Below, piece by piece: positions 50,717 to 60,021 of a stretch of 64,000 bases of DNA. The stretch spans positions 33,368 through 97,367 of the IMG/VR virus record IMGVR_UViG_3300013132_000034; one strand, written 5' to 3'. Source of the stretch: a virus. How positions within the stretch are numbered: the stretch's first letter is position 1; every line of letters starts with the position of its first letter. Under the pieces are notes generated by a model that worked only from the letters and a program-made list of their open reading frames with translations, had not been told where the DNA came from and did not search any database. The position numbers and the translations under genes are program-made.

Positions 50717-52518
50717 TAGTCACTAAATTCTATTCTCTTAGTAATACCGTTCTTTTTTTCTAAAAATATAATATCACCAGTTGCGAATTTAACGCTTTCT
50801 TTTCTATGACTAATAACCATTATACATTCATTGTATTTTTCAATTCTTTCTTTTAATATACCAAGAACAAGCTCTACTCCTTTTTCGTCCAACGATGAAT
50901 CAAATAGCTCATCATAAACACTAAAATTAAATGCAATGTTGCCCTGTAGGCGTCTAATATCCATAAATGCAAATAAACAGGCAAGATCAATATTCTTACG
51001 CTCTGCACCGCTGAAATTAAAATAAGAACAAGGCTTTCCTTTTTCATCTATAATCTCCTCTTCAAAATATTCATTAAAAATACAGATACAATTTGCATCC
51101 ATTTTTTTAAGATAGTATGCAAGCTTACTATTAAAAAGCTGTAATATTTTCTTTACAATATACGACTTAACGCCTTCCTCAGACAAAACAAATTTAACAG
51201 CTTCAAGCATATTAAGATGTGTTTTTGTTTTTTCTAATGTAACTTTAATATCATTTAGCCTTGCTGTAACTTCTGCTATAACAGTATCATACTGATTATC
51301 TGTTTTATTAAGCTCAGCCAAATCAATCTCTAGCTCTTTTTGCCACACATTTATTTGTTCAATTCTATTTTTAATATTATCTATGCCTTTTTCTTCCAAT
51401 TTAAAATTGTTTATTTTTGTTTTAAGAGATTCTACAGCTTTATTAAGCTTTAAATCTAAATCAGATAATTTTTCTTCTTGCTTATTACTTTCATTGATCT
51501 CAAGCTGAAAGCTATTTATTTCTTGTTTTATTTTTAATTTTTCTTCATGAATATGATGCTTATCTTTGTCATCTATAGAACGCAAGCATGTTGGGCAAAT
51601 ATCCTTATCTGTACCAATACGTTTTATACTTTGCTCTTTTAAACTAATCTGTGTACGTAAAGAAGAGGTTTTATCTCTTAATTGCTTAATATCATTATCT
51701 ATTTTTTCTGATTTTATTGTTAATGTACTTATATCGTCATTAATTTTATTAATATCTACCTTAATAAATTTAGAAATTTTTTCTTCTAATTCTTTTAATT
51801 CGTTGAAGTTATTTTTTTGTCGAGTTAAATATTTTTCTTTCTTTAAATCTCTCTCTTTTATATAATTGTCTTTAGCTGCTTGATGTGTAAGTAAACTTTT
51901 TTCTACCTCGGTAAACTTTGCAGATTCAATATCAAAATTTCTCTTAATATCATTATATTCGTCTCGTAAATTCTGCAACATTGTACTAAAAATTTCTAAA
52001 TTAAATATACCTTCAATAAATTTTCTTTTCTCTACTTTCTTTTTTGCCATGAAAGGTGTTGTGTTATTAACAGTCATTATGACACAATTTTGAAATATTT
52101 CTTGTGAACAATTAATCTTTTCTAAGATAAAATTTGAAGTATTAGAAATACTATCTCTAGTTTTATCTTCACCATTAATATAGATATAACATCTAGAAGG
52201 TTCTAGCATTCGTATAATTTGATAATCATCTTTTTTATTATATGATTCGATACTAAATTCTAGTGTTACTTCACAGTTTTCATGATTTGTATTATTAACA
52301 ATATGTTCTTTTTTTAATTCTCTTAATGTTTCGCCAAAAATAGCAAAATATATAGCATCTGCTACTGTTGATTTACCAACACCGTTTCTGCGATCTTCTT
52401 TATCACGATTTAAACCTGTTATAATATGTAACCCGGATTTAAAGTCAATTGTAACAGGCGTACTTCCGACTGATAAAAAGTTTTTAATGGACAGTTTTTT
52501 AAAAATAATCCTTTTCAT
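50713..52518 (-). CDS. Recombination endonuclease ATPase subunit (gp46/Rad50-like)
   Basis: KNFLSVG, NGVGKST, CPTC hook, FSGAE, DELFDSSLD, ISH. Confidence 0.95.
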   Translation of the reverse strand: MKRIIFKKLSIKNFLSVGSTPVTIDFKSGLHIITGLNRDKEDRRNGVGKSTVADAIYFAIFGETLRELKKEHIVNNTNHENCEVTLEFSIESYNKKDDYQIIRMLEPSRCYIYINGEDKTRDSISNTSNFILEKINCSQEIFQNCVIMTVNNTTPFMAKKKVEKRKFIEGIFNLEIFSTMLQNLRDEYNDIKRNFDIESAKFTEVEKSLLTHQAAKDNYIKERDLKKEKYLTRQKNNFNELKELEEKISKFIKVDINKINDDISTLTIKSEKIDNDIKQLRDKTSSLRTQISLKEQSIKRIGTDKDICPTCLRSIDDKDKHHIHEEKLKIKQEINSFQLEINESNKQEEKLSDLDLKLNKAVESLKTKINNFKLEEKGIDNIKNRIEQINVWQKELEIDLAELNKTDNQYDTVIAEVTARLNDIKVTLEKTKTHLNMLEAVKFVLSEEGVKSYIVKKILQLFNSKLAYYLKKMDANCICIFNEYFEEEIIDEKGKPCSYFNFSGAERKNIDLACLFAFMDIRRLQGNIAFNFSVYDELFDSSLDEKGVELVLGILKERIEKYNECIMVISHRKESVKFATGDIIFLEKKNGITKRIEFSDY

Positions 52519-53564
52519 TTTAGTTTTTTATACAGCTCTACTGTATAATCTATTATCTCTTTTTTATTATTAATGTCAAGTATATTAACAAATTCTTCTA
52601 TTGCTTTAGGTATATCAACTCCGGAAAAATCACAATTATTTTCGTTACTAATACTGAATTTATTAAAGTTTGCTGCGTAGTCTACATTAATAGAGACCGG
52701 TTTAAGTATTGAAAGTTTCTTTAATAAGAAGTCAATTTCATCAGCTGTTATATTTTTATCAACAACAAATTTAACTATATTGTTGTTAAAGCTATCCTTA
52801 ACTTTATCAGTAATACCATTTTCTTTAACAAGCTCAGAAAGATATATTTTCTTATGCTTAGGATAGCAATTATTTTCAATAAATTCATATTTTAATGAAT
52901 CTAAGTCTAATATATGCACACCTTTCAAACTATCTACATCACCGAAATCCATTTGGAAAGGCGAACCAAGATATAATATAGTACCATCAGAATAAGTCCT
53001 TTCGTCTTTGAGATGGAAATGACCTGATATAATTAGTTTAGATTTTTCTAAAAGAGATGAAGCTTTAATACCGTGATCACAAATTTTATGACTATTCATT
53101 TTAAATGATTCGATTTCAAAGTGACCAAACATTATATCGCACTCTGGTATATGATTAATTTCAGTGCCCCAAGGTACAAATACTAAATTTTTATTGAAAT
53201 TACGTGATGCGAGTACTTGTGAAATAACTTTTATGTTGGGCCAGCCACTAAAGGGAGTTAATGAATTGATATCGGACCGATCTTTATAATATGCGTCATG
53301 GTTACCGACTAACATTACTATATTAAAATCTTTAAGTTTTTCTAAAAGTTTTGACGCTAAATGTATAGTATTAACGGAAATTTCGTCTCTATAATGAAAC
53401 AAGTCACCGCAAATTACAATATCTGTTATTTCTCTTTCTTTTAGTTCTTTACTAATCCAAGAAAAAAACTTTTCTGCAACATCGTACCAAAATATATTGT
53501 TTTGATGTACTCCTATATGAACATCAGAAAAACAACATATTTTCTTATTATTAATCTTAACCAT
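52515..53564 (-). CDS. Recombination endonuclease nuclease subunit (gp47/Mre11-like)
   Basis: SDVHIG, GDLFH, GNHD, GHFE, SGHFH, YLGSP. Confidence 0.95.
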   Translation of the reverse strand: MVKINNKKICCFSDVHIGVHQNNIFWYDVAEKFFSWISKELKEREITDIVICGDLFHYRDEISVNTIHLASKLLEKLKDFNIVMLVGNHDAYYKDRSDINSLTPFSGWPNIKVISQVLASRNFNKNLVFVPWGTEINHIPECDIMFGHFEIESFKMNSHKICDHGIKASSLLEKSKLIISGHFHLKDERTYSDGTILYLGSPFQMDFGDVDSLKGVHILDLDSLKYEFIENNCYPKHKKIYLSELVKENGITDKVKDSFNNNIVKFVVDKNITADEIDFLLKKLSILKPVSINVDYAANFNKFSISNENNCDFSGVDIPKAIEEFVNILDINNKKEIIDYTVELYKKLK

Positions 53565-54060
53565 TTAAGTTTGTAAAAATATCATTACTACCATCATCAG
53601 TTTCGTCAGTGGGTTTAATGTATATTTTTGCACCATCCGGACAAGAATGTAAGAGGTCTGAGTAAACTTTTTCCTTATAATCGTTAATAGCATCATGGTG
53701 TTTTTTTTCCTTTTTAATTCTATTTATAAATGCGTGAAATGCAATAGTTGTAAAGTATGAGAATGGGCTAAACCCGCTATTAATTTTAAATTTTTTATTT
53801 TTTAATGCGGAAAACATTTTTACAATAGCATCACCAACCATATCATCTTTATAGGTATAATTAATAAAATTAGGCGCATAACTTAAACCATGTGCTATTT
53901 TTGTTATTGACTCTCCTAATTTTTGTGAAATTGTACCTGCTTTATAGTAGATAACAATCTCATCCTCAAACTCTTTCGGATTGACGTAGAAAGGCTTTTC
54001 TTTTTTAACTTTCTTTTTCGGTGAAATCTCTGGCTGTGTAGTTGATTTTTTCTTTTTCAT
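53557..54060 (-). CDS. Late-transcription sigma factor (gp55-like)
   Basis: YVNPKEF, IAHGLSYAPNFINYTYKDDMVGDA, PFSYFTTIAFHAFINRIKKEKK. Confidence 0.93.
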   Translation of the reverse strand: MKKKKSTTQPEISPKKKVKKEKPFYVNPKEFEDEIVIYYKAGTISQKLGESITKIAHGLSYAPNFINYTYKDDMVGDAIVKMFSALKNKKFKINSGFSPFSYFTTIAFHAFINRIKKEKKHHDAINDYKEKVYSDLLHSCPDGAKIYIKPTDETDDGSNDIFTNLNG

Positions 54061-55471
54061 AAATTTGTTTTCTTTTGTTTGTATGTTGTGTACCGTAGTA
54101 GAGCTGATCTGATATGTCGAATATTATAAGCTTGTCCTTGTTGATATGCAAGCGTAAACCTCTGCCTATAGACTGCACAGTTTTAATTTTTGCTTTTCCA
54201 CCGCCCGCAAAAATAATATAATGAAGGTTTTTGACATTAATACCTGTAGAAAATATTTTAGAAATAGCTATTACTACAACATTATTGTCTTTTTCTATAA
54301 TAGTTTTTATTTTTTCTCTTTCCTCAATTTCAACTTCACCTCGAATAAAAAATACTTTTTTATCTAAACAATTTTTCGAAAGAACATCATACAAAATTTC
54401 ACCATGTTTAATAAAATCGATTAATATTAATGAGTTGTTGTCGAGTTTGCTAATTAATTTAGAAATTAATGAATTTCTAAATTTATTCTCTATAATAAAG
54501 TCGAGTTCTTTTTTGTAAAAATCGGTTGGGTTAAAATTATTTGTACCTCGCCGCGGTACATTATTATAAAAAAGATTTAACATTTGCACTTTAACATTAC
54601 TAACGTAACTTTCAGCTCTCAATTCAAAACTATTTTTTTCGTAAATAATAGGCCCAATTTTACCTATAATATTCCATTGATCTTCTTTATCCTCAGGCAA
54701 TGTACCGGTAAAGCCAAACTTATTATTTGTTTTAATTAAGGTTATAATTTTATTAACCTCGTTACCTTTTCTAATTTTATGAACTTCATCTACGACAAGC
54801 ATGTCGATGTTTTCCGCCCAGGTTAAATTTGAATTTTTACTTTGTAGAATACCTAAATTAGAAATAATAACGTTAGTAGTTAAATTTAGTTTATCATCTC
54901 CAGTCCATTTAGAATGCGTAAAGGGTACTCTGTACGTATGAAAATCGTTAAAGGTTTGCTCAGCTAATCCCCTATCAGGTACAATAACTAAGCATTTAAA
55001 TTTTTCACCATACATTTTATATACAGAAGAAAGAAGTGATGCCATTACTAAAGTTTTGCCACCTGCAGTTGCTAAAACAACAGTGCCACGCCCTATGTCA
55101 AGACAAGCTTTAACAATATCTTCTTGATAGTCCCTAAGCTCTAGGCTTAAAGGAAATAAATTATTTGAAAAATTTGAATTTGTTTTCCATGTAAATTTAG
55201 AAGGAATAATAAGTTTTTTAATTTCATCAGAAATTTGTAATTGAGTAGGATATTGTTTTTCAAAAATATACTTTTGTATTTCGATGGTAAGGCAGGGATC
55301 AAATCTACCAGTTGGTGTTATTGCATAAGTTCGTGATGGTATATAGCGAGAATATCTTCTTAAAAAAACTGCTGCTTTGTTTTTAACAGAAAAATTTTCT
55401 CTTATTTCATCAAAATAATCACCAGAGAGAATTGCCTTGTTCTTTTTTTTATCAAGCTCAACACTTATCAT
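54005..55471 (-). CDS. uvsW: SF2 DNA helicase UvsW
   Basis: LRDYQ, ATAGGKT, VDEVH, GFTGT, FSTGIN, QSIGRGLR. Confidence 0.93.
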   Translation of the reverse strand: MISVELDKKKNKAILSGDYFDEIRENFSVKNKAAVFLRRYSRYIPSRTYAITPTGRFDPCLTIEIQKYIFEKQYPTQLQISDEIKKLIIPSKFTWKTNSNFSNNLFPLSLELRDYQEDIVKACLDIGRGTVVLATAGGKTLVMASLLSSVYKMYGEKFKCLVIVPDRGLAEQTFNDFHTYRVPFTHSKWTGDDKLNLTTNVIISNLGILQSKNSNLTWAENIDMLVVDEVHKIRKGNEVNKIITLIKTNNKFGFTGTLPEDKEDQWNIIGKIGPIIYEKNSFELRAESYVSNVKVQMLNLFYNNVPRRGTNNFNPTDFYKKELDFIIENKFRNSLISKLISKLDNNSLILIDFIKHGEILYDVLSKNCLDKKVFFIRGEVEIEEREKIKTIIEKDNNVVVIAISKIFSTGINVKNLHYIIFAGGGKAKIKTVQSIGRGLRLHINKDKLIIFDISDQLYYGTQHTNKRKQIYEKEKINYTARDFTEKES

Positions 55472-55866
55472 GTAGTTTCTAGTTTTTGTATTTCAATAAT
55501 ATTTTTAATATCGTACGTCATAGAAGATATAGTCTTTTCTGTTTTTTCTAATAACGTTATTAAAAGTTCTAATTGTTCTATTTCTTCTTTTAATTTCTTA
55601 ACACTGCTTACTTCATTTGCAGTCTCTGTTAAAGTATTGGGCGCAAGTCTAACCTGACTTTTTTCTTTTATTTGCTCAATAATTGCTTTTCTGTGACTTT
55701 CAAGTTCTTTTTGTTTTTCCGCTAGCAATATTTTGGTGCGTATTAAAAGACCAACATACTTATGTTTGATTGCTGGTAGTTTAAATTGTACTTCTTTTAA
55801 ATTAAGCTCATCAACTGTTACGTCTTTATCTATTTCTTCGAGTATTTTCGGAATATTAAGTTCCAT
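55468..55866 (-). CDS. uvsY: Recombination mediator UvsY-like
   Basis: EIDKDVTVDELNL...LPAIKHKY...MTYDIKNIIE; start moved to ATG 55866, 6 nt after TATAAT. Confidence 0.75.
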   Translation of the reverse strand: MELNIPKILEEIDKDVTVDELNLKEVQFKLPAIKHKYVGLLIRTKILLAEKQKELESHRKAIIEQIKEKSQVRLAPNTLTETANEVSSVKKLKEEIEQLELLITLLEKTEKTISSMTYDIKNIIEIQKLETT

Positions 55867-55872
55867 ATTTAA

Positions 55873-55900
55873 ATTATATAATAAGTTATAAATATTTAAA
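55873..55900 (-). promoter_or_regulatory. Sigma70-type promoter for uvsY-uvsW-gp55-gp47-gp46, overlapping an opposite late promoter
   Basis: TTTAAA-16 nt-TATAAT-6 nt-ATG; plus-strand TATAAATA ends at 55894, 6 nt before GTG 55901. Confidence 0.65.
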
Positions 55901-56155
55901 GTGAATAATTTTAATGAGCTTGTAAAACGAATACTAGAAAGCACAGGCGCATTGCCCGGAGTTACTGGTAATTTAGCGGGAAGCGGCGGGTCGCTTGGCA
56001 GTTTTCAGACATCCGGTTGGGTGTCAAATCCAGCGGGGACCCCAGGTACTGATGAATTTGCAAAAAATGATTTTAGAAAGCCTGTTGCTCTGGGTGCAAA
56101 AAAGGGCAAAAAAATCAAAATTCAAAGAAGACCATTGATACGTGGTGGTTTATAA
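55901..56155 (+). CDS. Small late protein with capsid-targeting-like N-terminus
   Basis: MNNFNELVKRILES; basic C-terminus. Confidence 0.65.
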   Translation: MNNFNELVKRILESTGALPGVTGNLAGSGGSLGSFQTSGWVSNPAGTPGTDEFAKNDFRKPVALGAKKGKKIKIQRRPLIRGGL

Positions 56156-56583
56156 TGGATTTAGGTCATTGGGTTTTAGCAGAAAATGTACAAATAGATG
56201 AAGCTGCTTTTGGATTTATTTATGAAATAACTAATACAGTCACAAGCAAAAAATATATAGGTAAAAAGCAATGTATTTCAAAAATAAAAAGAAACCCGCT
56301 TAAGGGTAAAGTAAATAAAAGAATTTTTAAAAAAGAATCTGACTGGAAGTCTTATACAAGCTCGTCAAATGAATTAAATGAAGATATTAAAAAGTACGGG
56401 AAAGATAAATTTATTTTTAAAATTCTAAAGGTATGTAATAGCAAGTGGGAGTTGGCATATTTTGAAATAAAAGAACAAATAGACAGAAACGTATTACTGA
56501 GAGATGACTATTACAATGGTATCATAAATGTAAGAATAGGTACTCCTCCGAATAATTTTAAAGAATCTATTGAAACAAGATAA
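56155..56583 (+). CDS. GIY-YIG-like nuclease domain protein
   Basis: GFIYEITN....KYIGKK, ESDWKSYTSS, YYNGII. Confidence 0.8.
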   Translation: MDLGHWVLAENVQIDEAAFGFIYEITNTVTSKKYIGKKQCISKIKRNPLKGKVNKRIFKKESDWKSYTSSSNELNEDIKKYGKDKFIFKILKVCNSKWELAYFEIKEQIDRNVLLRDDYYNGIINVRIGTPPNNFKESIETR

Positions 56584-56597
56584 TAATCATCTATACT
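56570..56597 (+). promoter_or_regulatory. Sigma70-type promoter
   Basis: TTGAAA-16 nt-TATACT-6 nt-ATG(56604). Confidence 0.7.
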
Positions 56598-56603
56598 AAA
56601 TTG

Positions 56604-57170
56604 ATGTCACGGGTTTTACATTTACCTCAATATAATCTTCAAATTATAAGCTTTGATAAAGTTTATAGTGAAAAATTTATAAAAAATTTCTTTAATAATT
56701 GTGAAGAATATAAAATAAAAGAAATCACATTAAAAAATAAAGACGTTAAAAAATTAATGTATCACAATACTATATATGCAATTTGTGAAGAAATTATTCA
56801 AACAAAAGTTAAGGAAAAGTCTATAATTTTCTTTAGTACAAGTACTTTGACAAAGACTGATCTCAACAATTATATAAATGAAGAAGAGCTGTTAATTTTT
56901 TTTGAATTATTGTTGAGAAAACTGTCTAAAATACTACCGGTCAAAGTCTTTATTACTAGTAATACATTTAGTTATTTTACTCATATTTGGAAAAAATATG
57001 ATTCTAAGGGTATTGAGCTTTTAAACAATATTAGAGCTTTTACTGAGAAAATTGATTATAGTAAATTTACATTTAAAAGAATAAGACTTTTTTCAAATAG
57101 ATATGGTTTGACTTTTCTTTCAAGCGTGTATTTTAACACGTTAAAGTCAAAACAACTGCTTCTAAAGTAA
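56604..57170 (+). CDS. Hypothetical protein
   Basis: ORF with its own promoter; ATG at 56604. Confidence 0.7.
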   Translation: MSRVLHLPQYNLQIISFDKVYSEKFIKNFFNNCEEYKIKEITLKNKDVKKLMYHNTIYAICEEIIQTKVKEKSIIFFSTSTLTKTDLNNYINEEELLIFFELLLRKLSKILPVKVFITSNTFSYFTHIWKKYDSKGIELLNNIRAFTEKIDYSKFTFKRIRLFSNRYGLTFLSSVYFNTLKSKQLLLK

Positions 57171-57181
57171 TAAATATATAT

Positions 57182-57661
57182 GTGAGCAAGTATTTGTCTA
57201 AATTGTTGTCTGTTTATGAATCTCTAGATTCAAAGCATTTACCATCCGAAAAACAAGAGGAATGCGAAACTTGTGATAAACAAAGGGATGTTTCAGATGA
57301 ATTTGATGTTGCACATACATATACACATCCTTCAACAAACAAAAAAGTTTTTTGTATGATGCGTAAGCATCCTATGGGTTATAATATCATAGATATAGAT
57401 GAGGATGGTAAGCCTGTTGTAGATATATTTGGCCCGTTAAAAGATAATAATGCTGATGAAGAAGCAGAAAGTTTTGCAATGAAAGGTTTTTTAGGCGCAC
57501 CAATTAATCCAACTGAAATTGCATTAGTTAAAACACTAGCAGGTGATACAGCAAAAGGTGGTTTGTTTAGCAATCCGCAAAAAGATATGGAAAAAGCTTA
57601 CGGTACATTAGTAAGTAAGCTAGCTAATAAAATAAAAACGGTAGCAAATACAATAAAATGA
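57182..57661 (+). CDS. Hypothetical late protein
   Basis: GTG 5 nt after TAAATA; MSKYLSKLLSVYES. Confidence 0.7.
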   Translation: MSKYLSKLLSVYESLDSKHLPSEKQEECETCDKQRDVSDEFDVAHTYTHPSTNKKVFCMMRKHPMGYNIIDIDEDGKPVVDIFGPLKDNNADEEAESFAMKGFLGAPINPTEIALVKTLAGDTAKGGLFSNPQKDMEKAYGTLVSKLANKIKTVANTIK

Positions 57662-57990
57662 AATTTATAAACTTAATTGAAAAATATTATACATTACTTG
57701 AACAAGAACCTGCTTCTGCTCTTCCACCACAGCAGCCTCAACAACAACAGGATGCAGCGATGCCCCCAGTAGAACAACCAGCCGCACAGCCTGCGGCACC
57801 ATTATCAACTGAAGGTGAAGCAATGTTAGTGAGATTACTTAAAAAAGCTCTAGTGATAAAGCCAGATACAACTGATACAGATTCAATTTTAGAACTTCCT
57901 GATGTAAATCCCGATAATGCTAAAAATGTTTTGCAGCAAATTATTACTTTAATAAGAAAATACGACCCAGACGTAGATTTAAACAAATGA
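57658..57990 (+). CDS. Hypothetical late protein, Pro/Gln-rich
   Basis: MKFINLIEKYYTLLEQ; ATGA-coupled. Confidence 0.7.
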   Translation: MKFINLIEKYYTLLEQEPASALPPQQPQQQQDAAMPPVEQPAAQPAAPLSTEGEAMLVRLLKKALVIKPDTTDTDSILELPDVNPDNAKNVLQQIITLIRKYDPDVDLNK

Positions 57991-58769
57991 AATTTGATTT
58001 TGTTATTGAGAGTATTCTCAAAAAACATATAATTTTTGAAGCTGCTGGCAAAACAATTGTAATATTTCCGGGCGGGTTTCATCCCTTTCACCTAGGTCAT
58101 AAAAGTATTTTTGATAATATACAAAAAACTTTTCCCGGTTCAGATTCATACATAGCAATAACTGATTACACTGAAGAGAGACCTTTTACTGCAGAAGAAA
58201 AAAAACTAATTATTTCATCAACAGGAATAGATCCCTCAAAGATAATTCAAGTAAAATCACCTTTTAGACCTGAAGAGATTTTAAAAAAATATAACCCAGA
58301 TACAGATAATGTAATTTTTGTGATAGGAGAGAAAGAAAAATATGACCCTTCGAGAAAATCATTATTTATAAGAACTAAAAAAGATGGTTCGCCTTCTTAT
58401 TTTCAAGATTACGACCCTGGCAAGCCATTAGATTCATTTGATAAGCATGGCTACATATATTTGTTTCCAACAATAAAATTTGGAAAAGATGTGTTTGGTT
58501 CAAATATTCAAAGTGCATCAGAATTAAGAAAAAAATATAATTCTTTAAATGATAATCAAAAAATAAATTTAATTAAAAAATTGTATGTTAAAAACGTGGA
58601 TAAAATTAAAAAAATATTCGATTTACATCTTGGCAATGAAGAATCAGATGAAAGTCCGGAAATTGCTAAAGAATTAATGAAAGATACAGATAAAGCATTT
58701 AATGATGTTTATTTAAACCCACCGTACAAAGTTGATAGCCAGTTAACTGTTGGTAGAATGAAGTATTAA
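57987..58769 (+). CDS. HIGH-superfamily (cytidylyltransferase-like) nucleotidyltransferase
   Basis: IFPGGFHPFHLGH (HxGH), PFTAEEK, SASELR. Confidence 0.8.
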   Translation: MKFDFVIESILKKHIIFEAAGKTIVIFPGGFHPFHLGHKSIFDNIQKTFPGSDSYIAITDYTEERPFTAEEKKLIISSTGIDPSKIIQVKSPFRPEEILKKYNPDTDNVIFVIGEKEKYDPSRKSLFIRTKKDGSPSYFQDYDPGKPLDSFDKHGYIYLFPTIKFGKDVFGSNIQSASELRKKYNSLNDNQKINLIKKLYVKNVDKIKKIFDLHLGNEESDESPEIAKELMKDTDKAFNDVYLNPPYKVDSQLTVGRMKY

Positions 58770-59314
58770 GATTTTTTTTCTATTAGTTGAACAACTTCAA
58801 ATAATATTTTTTCGAGATTTTCCTTGCTTTCTTTTGACAAAATACTTGAAATTTTTGAAAGTAAATCACTAGAACCTGAATCAAATGCTAGTGCTATTTG
58901 TTGTTCTTCGTTTTGCTCTTGATGTGGCTCTGACACATTTTCATGATCCAAATAATGTTTTATTGAATCTAAATAATCTGCTGCTTTTGTAATTTTAGCC
59001 CTAACCCATGCATCAAGATTGTTTATTTTATCTAATTTATTATATAGACTAACAGCATGGCTTATTGTATTGTAAAGCTCATTTTTAGACATTTGAATTT
59101 CATCTTTATCTATACTACCACTTTGATCAATACTGCAGCCACAATCTTCACATGATTCATCTTTATTTTTCTTGACTAAAGGTGGCTTAATAACTGTTTG
59201 TATAACGGGTGAAAGACCTTGTTGGTTATCTGCTTGGGGTCCCAAATCAACAGTACCTTCGTTTAATACTTTTAAATAAGCATTATTTAAATTAAAAAGA
59301 TCATCTCGGTACAT
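58766..59314 (-). CDS. Hypothetical late protein of T4-like phages
   Basis: LDAWVRAKITKAADYL motif; ATG 5 nt after TAAATA. Confidence 0.7.
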   Translation of the reverse strand: MYRDDLFNLNNAYLKVLNEGTVDLGPQADNQQGLSPVIQTVIKPPLVKKNKDESCEDCGCSIDQSGSIDKDEIQMSKNELYNTISHAVSLYNKLDKINNLDAWVRAKITKAADYLDSIKHYLDHENVSEPHQEQNEEQQIALAFDSGSSDLLSKISSILSKESKENLEKILFEVVQLIEKKS

Positions 59315-59327
59315 ATAAATATTTATA
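59314..59327. promoter_or_regulatory. Palindromic bidirectional late promoter
   Basis: Perfect palindrome TATAAATATTTATA gives the T4 late consensus TATAAATA on both strands, between divergent genes. Confidence 0.75.
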
Positions 59328-59332
59328 GAACA

Positions 59333-59629
59333 ATGAAAAGTTTTTCGATGTTTTTTGCCGAATCGCTTAATAATGATATAGCAAATCTTGAGGAAAAAAA
59401 AGGTGCCAGGTGTACAAAGGTAACTGGTCAGCAGTCATCGTCAAGATCGGATAAAAAATATATGAGATGTGCCAGAGTTAATGGTAAGCTTAAGAGGGTG
59501 CACTATGGCGATCCAAAGAGAAGAATAAAGAAATCTAACCCAAAACGTCGTAAGTCATTTAGAGCCAGACATAAATGTTCTTCTGCTAAACCGGGAACAG
59601 CTAAGTATTTTAGTTGTAAAAATTGGTAA
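59333..59629 (+). CDS. Small basic late protein
   Basis: MKSFSMFFAES; VHYGDP...KKSNPKRRKSFRARHKC...YFSCKNW motif seen in T4-like phages. Confidence 0.75.
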   Translation: MKSFSMFFAESLNNDIANLEEKKGARCTKVTGQQSSSRSDKKYMRCARVNGKLKRVHYGDPKRRIKKSNPKRRKSFRARHKCSSAKPGTAKYFSCKNW

Positions 59630-59630
59630 T

Positions 59631-59774
59631 ATGAGCAAATTTGATAAACTTGTTAAGGAAATATTAGAAAAAAAGAAAGCGCCCCGGGGGGTTTGCTGGA
59701 AGGGTTATACCATGGTAGGAATGAAGAGTAAAGGCGGCAAGCAAGTACCTAATTGCGTTCCAACAAAAAAGTAG
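59631..59774 (+). CDS. 47-aa late peptide with CWKGY...VPNCVP motif
   Basis: Below the ORF-track cutoff: MSKFDKLVKEILEKKKAPRGVCWKGYTMVGMKSKGGKQVPNCVPTKK*. Confidence 0.75.
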   Translation: MSKFDKLVKEILEKKKAPRGVCWKGYTMVGMKSKGGKQVPNCVPTKK

Positions 59775-59803
59775 TTTTATAAACTTTTCACTTAAGTAAT
59801 TAG

Positions 59804-60013
59804 GTGAAATTTTACCGAAAGCAGCAGCTTAGAGATGATGTGGTTTATATTAAGATAAGCTCTGATTTTATATTAGATTTATATGAAAAATCTAAGAAAA
59901 TGAGCGGTATAGACAGAAAAATAATGTTAGATCAGATAAAGTTATTCTCAGAACACATGGATGAATATATCGAAAAACCTGTAAAGCAATCTATTAATAC
60001 TAAAAAATCATAA
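59804..60013 (+). CDS. Small hypothetical protein
   Basis: 69-aa ORF; TAAGTA 5 nt upstream of GTG. Confidence 0.6.
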   Translation: MKFYRKQQLRDDVVYIKISSDFILDLYEKSKKMSGIDRKIMLDQIKLFSEHMDEYIEKPVKQSINTKKS

Positions 60014-60021
60014 ATAATTTG

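Noticed and set aside
14584-51865. Short ORFs nested in or antisense to conserved genes (e.g. 20356-20952, 21417-21932, 29487-29915, 38092-38454, 44892-45443)
   Set aside because: They fully overlap well-supported genes and have no motifs or correctly spaced promoters.
56155-56583. Mobile homing endonuclease or intron
   Set aside because: Short catalytic-domain-only ORF that does not interrupt a gene; no intron or intein is evident in terminase, helicase or polymerase, which are of normal length.
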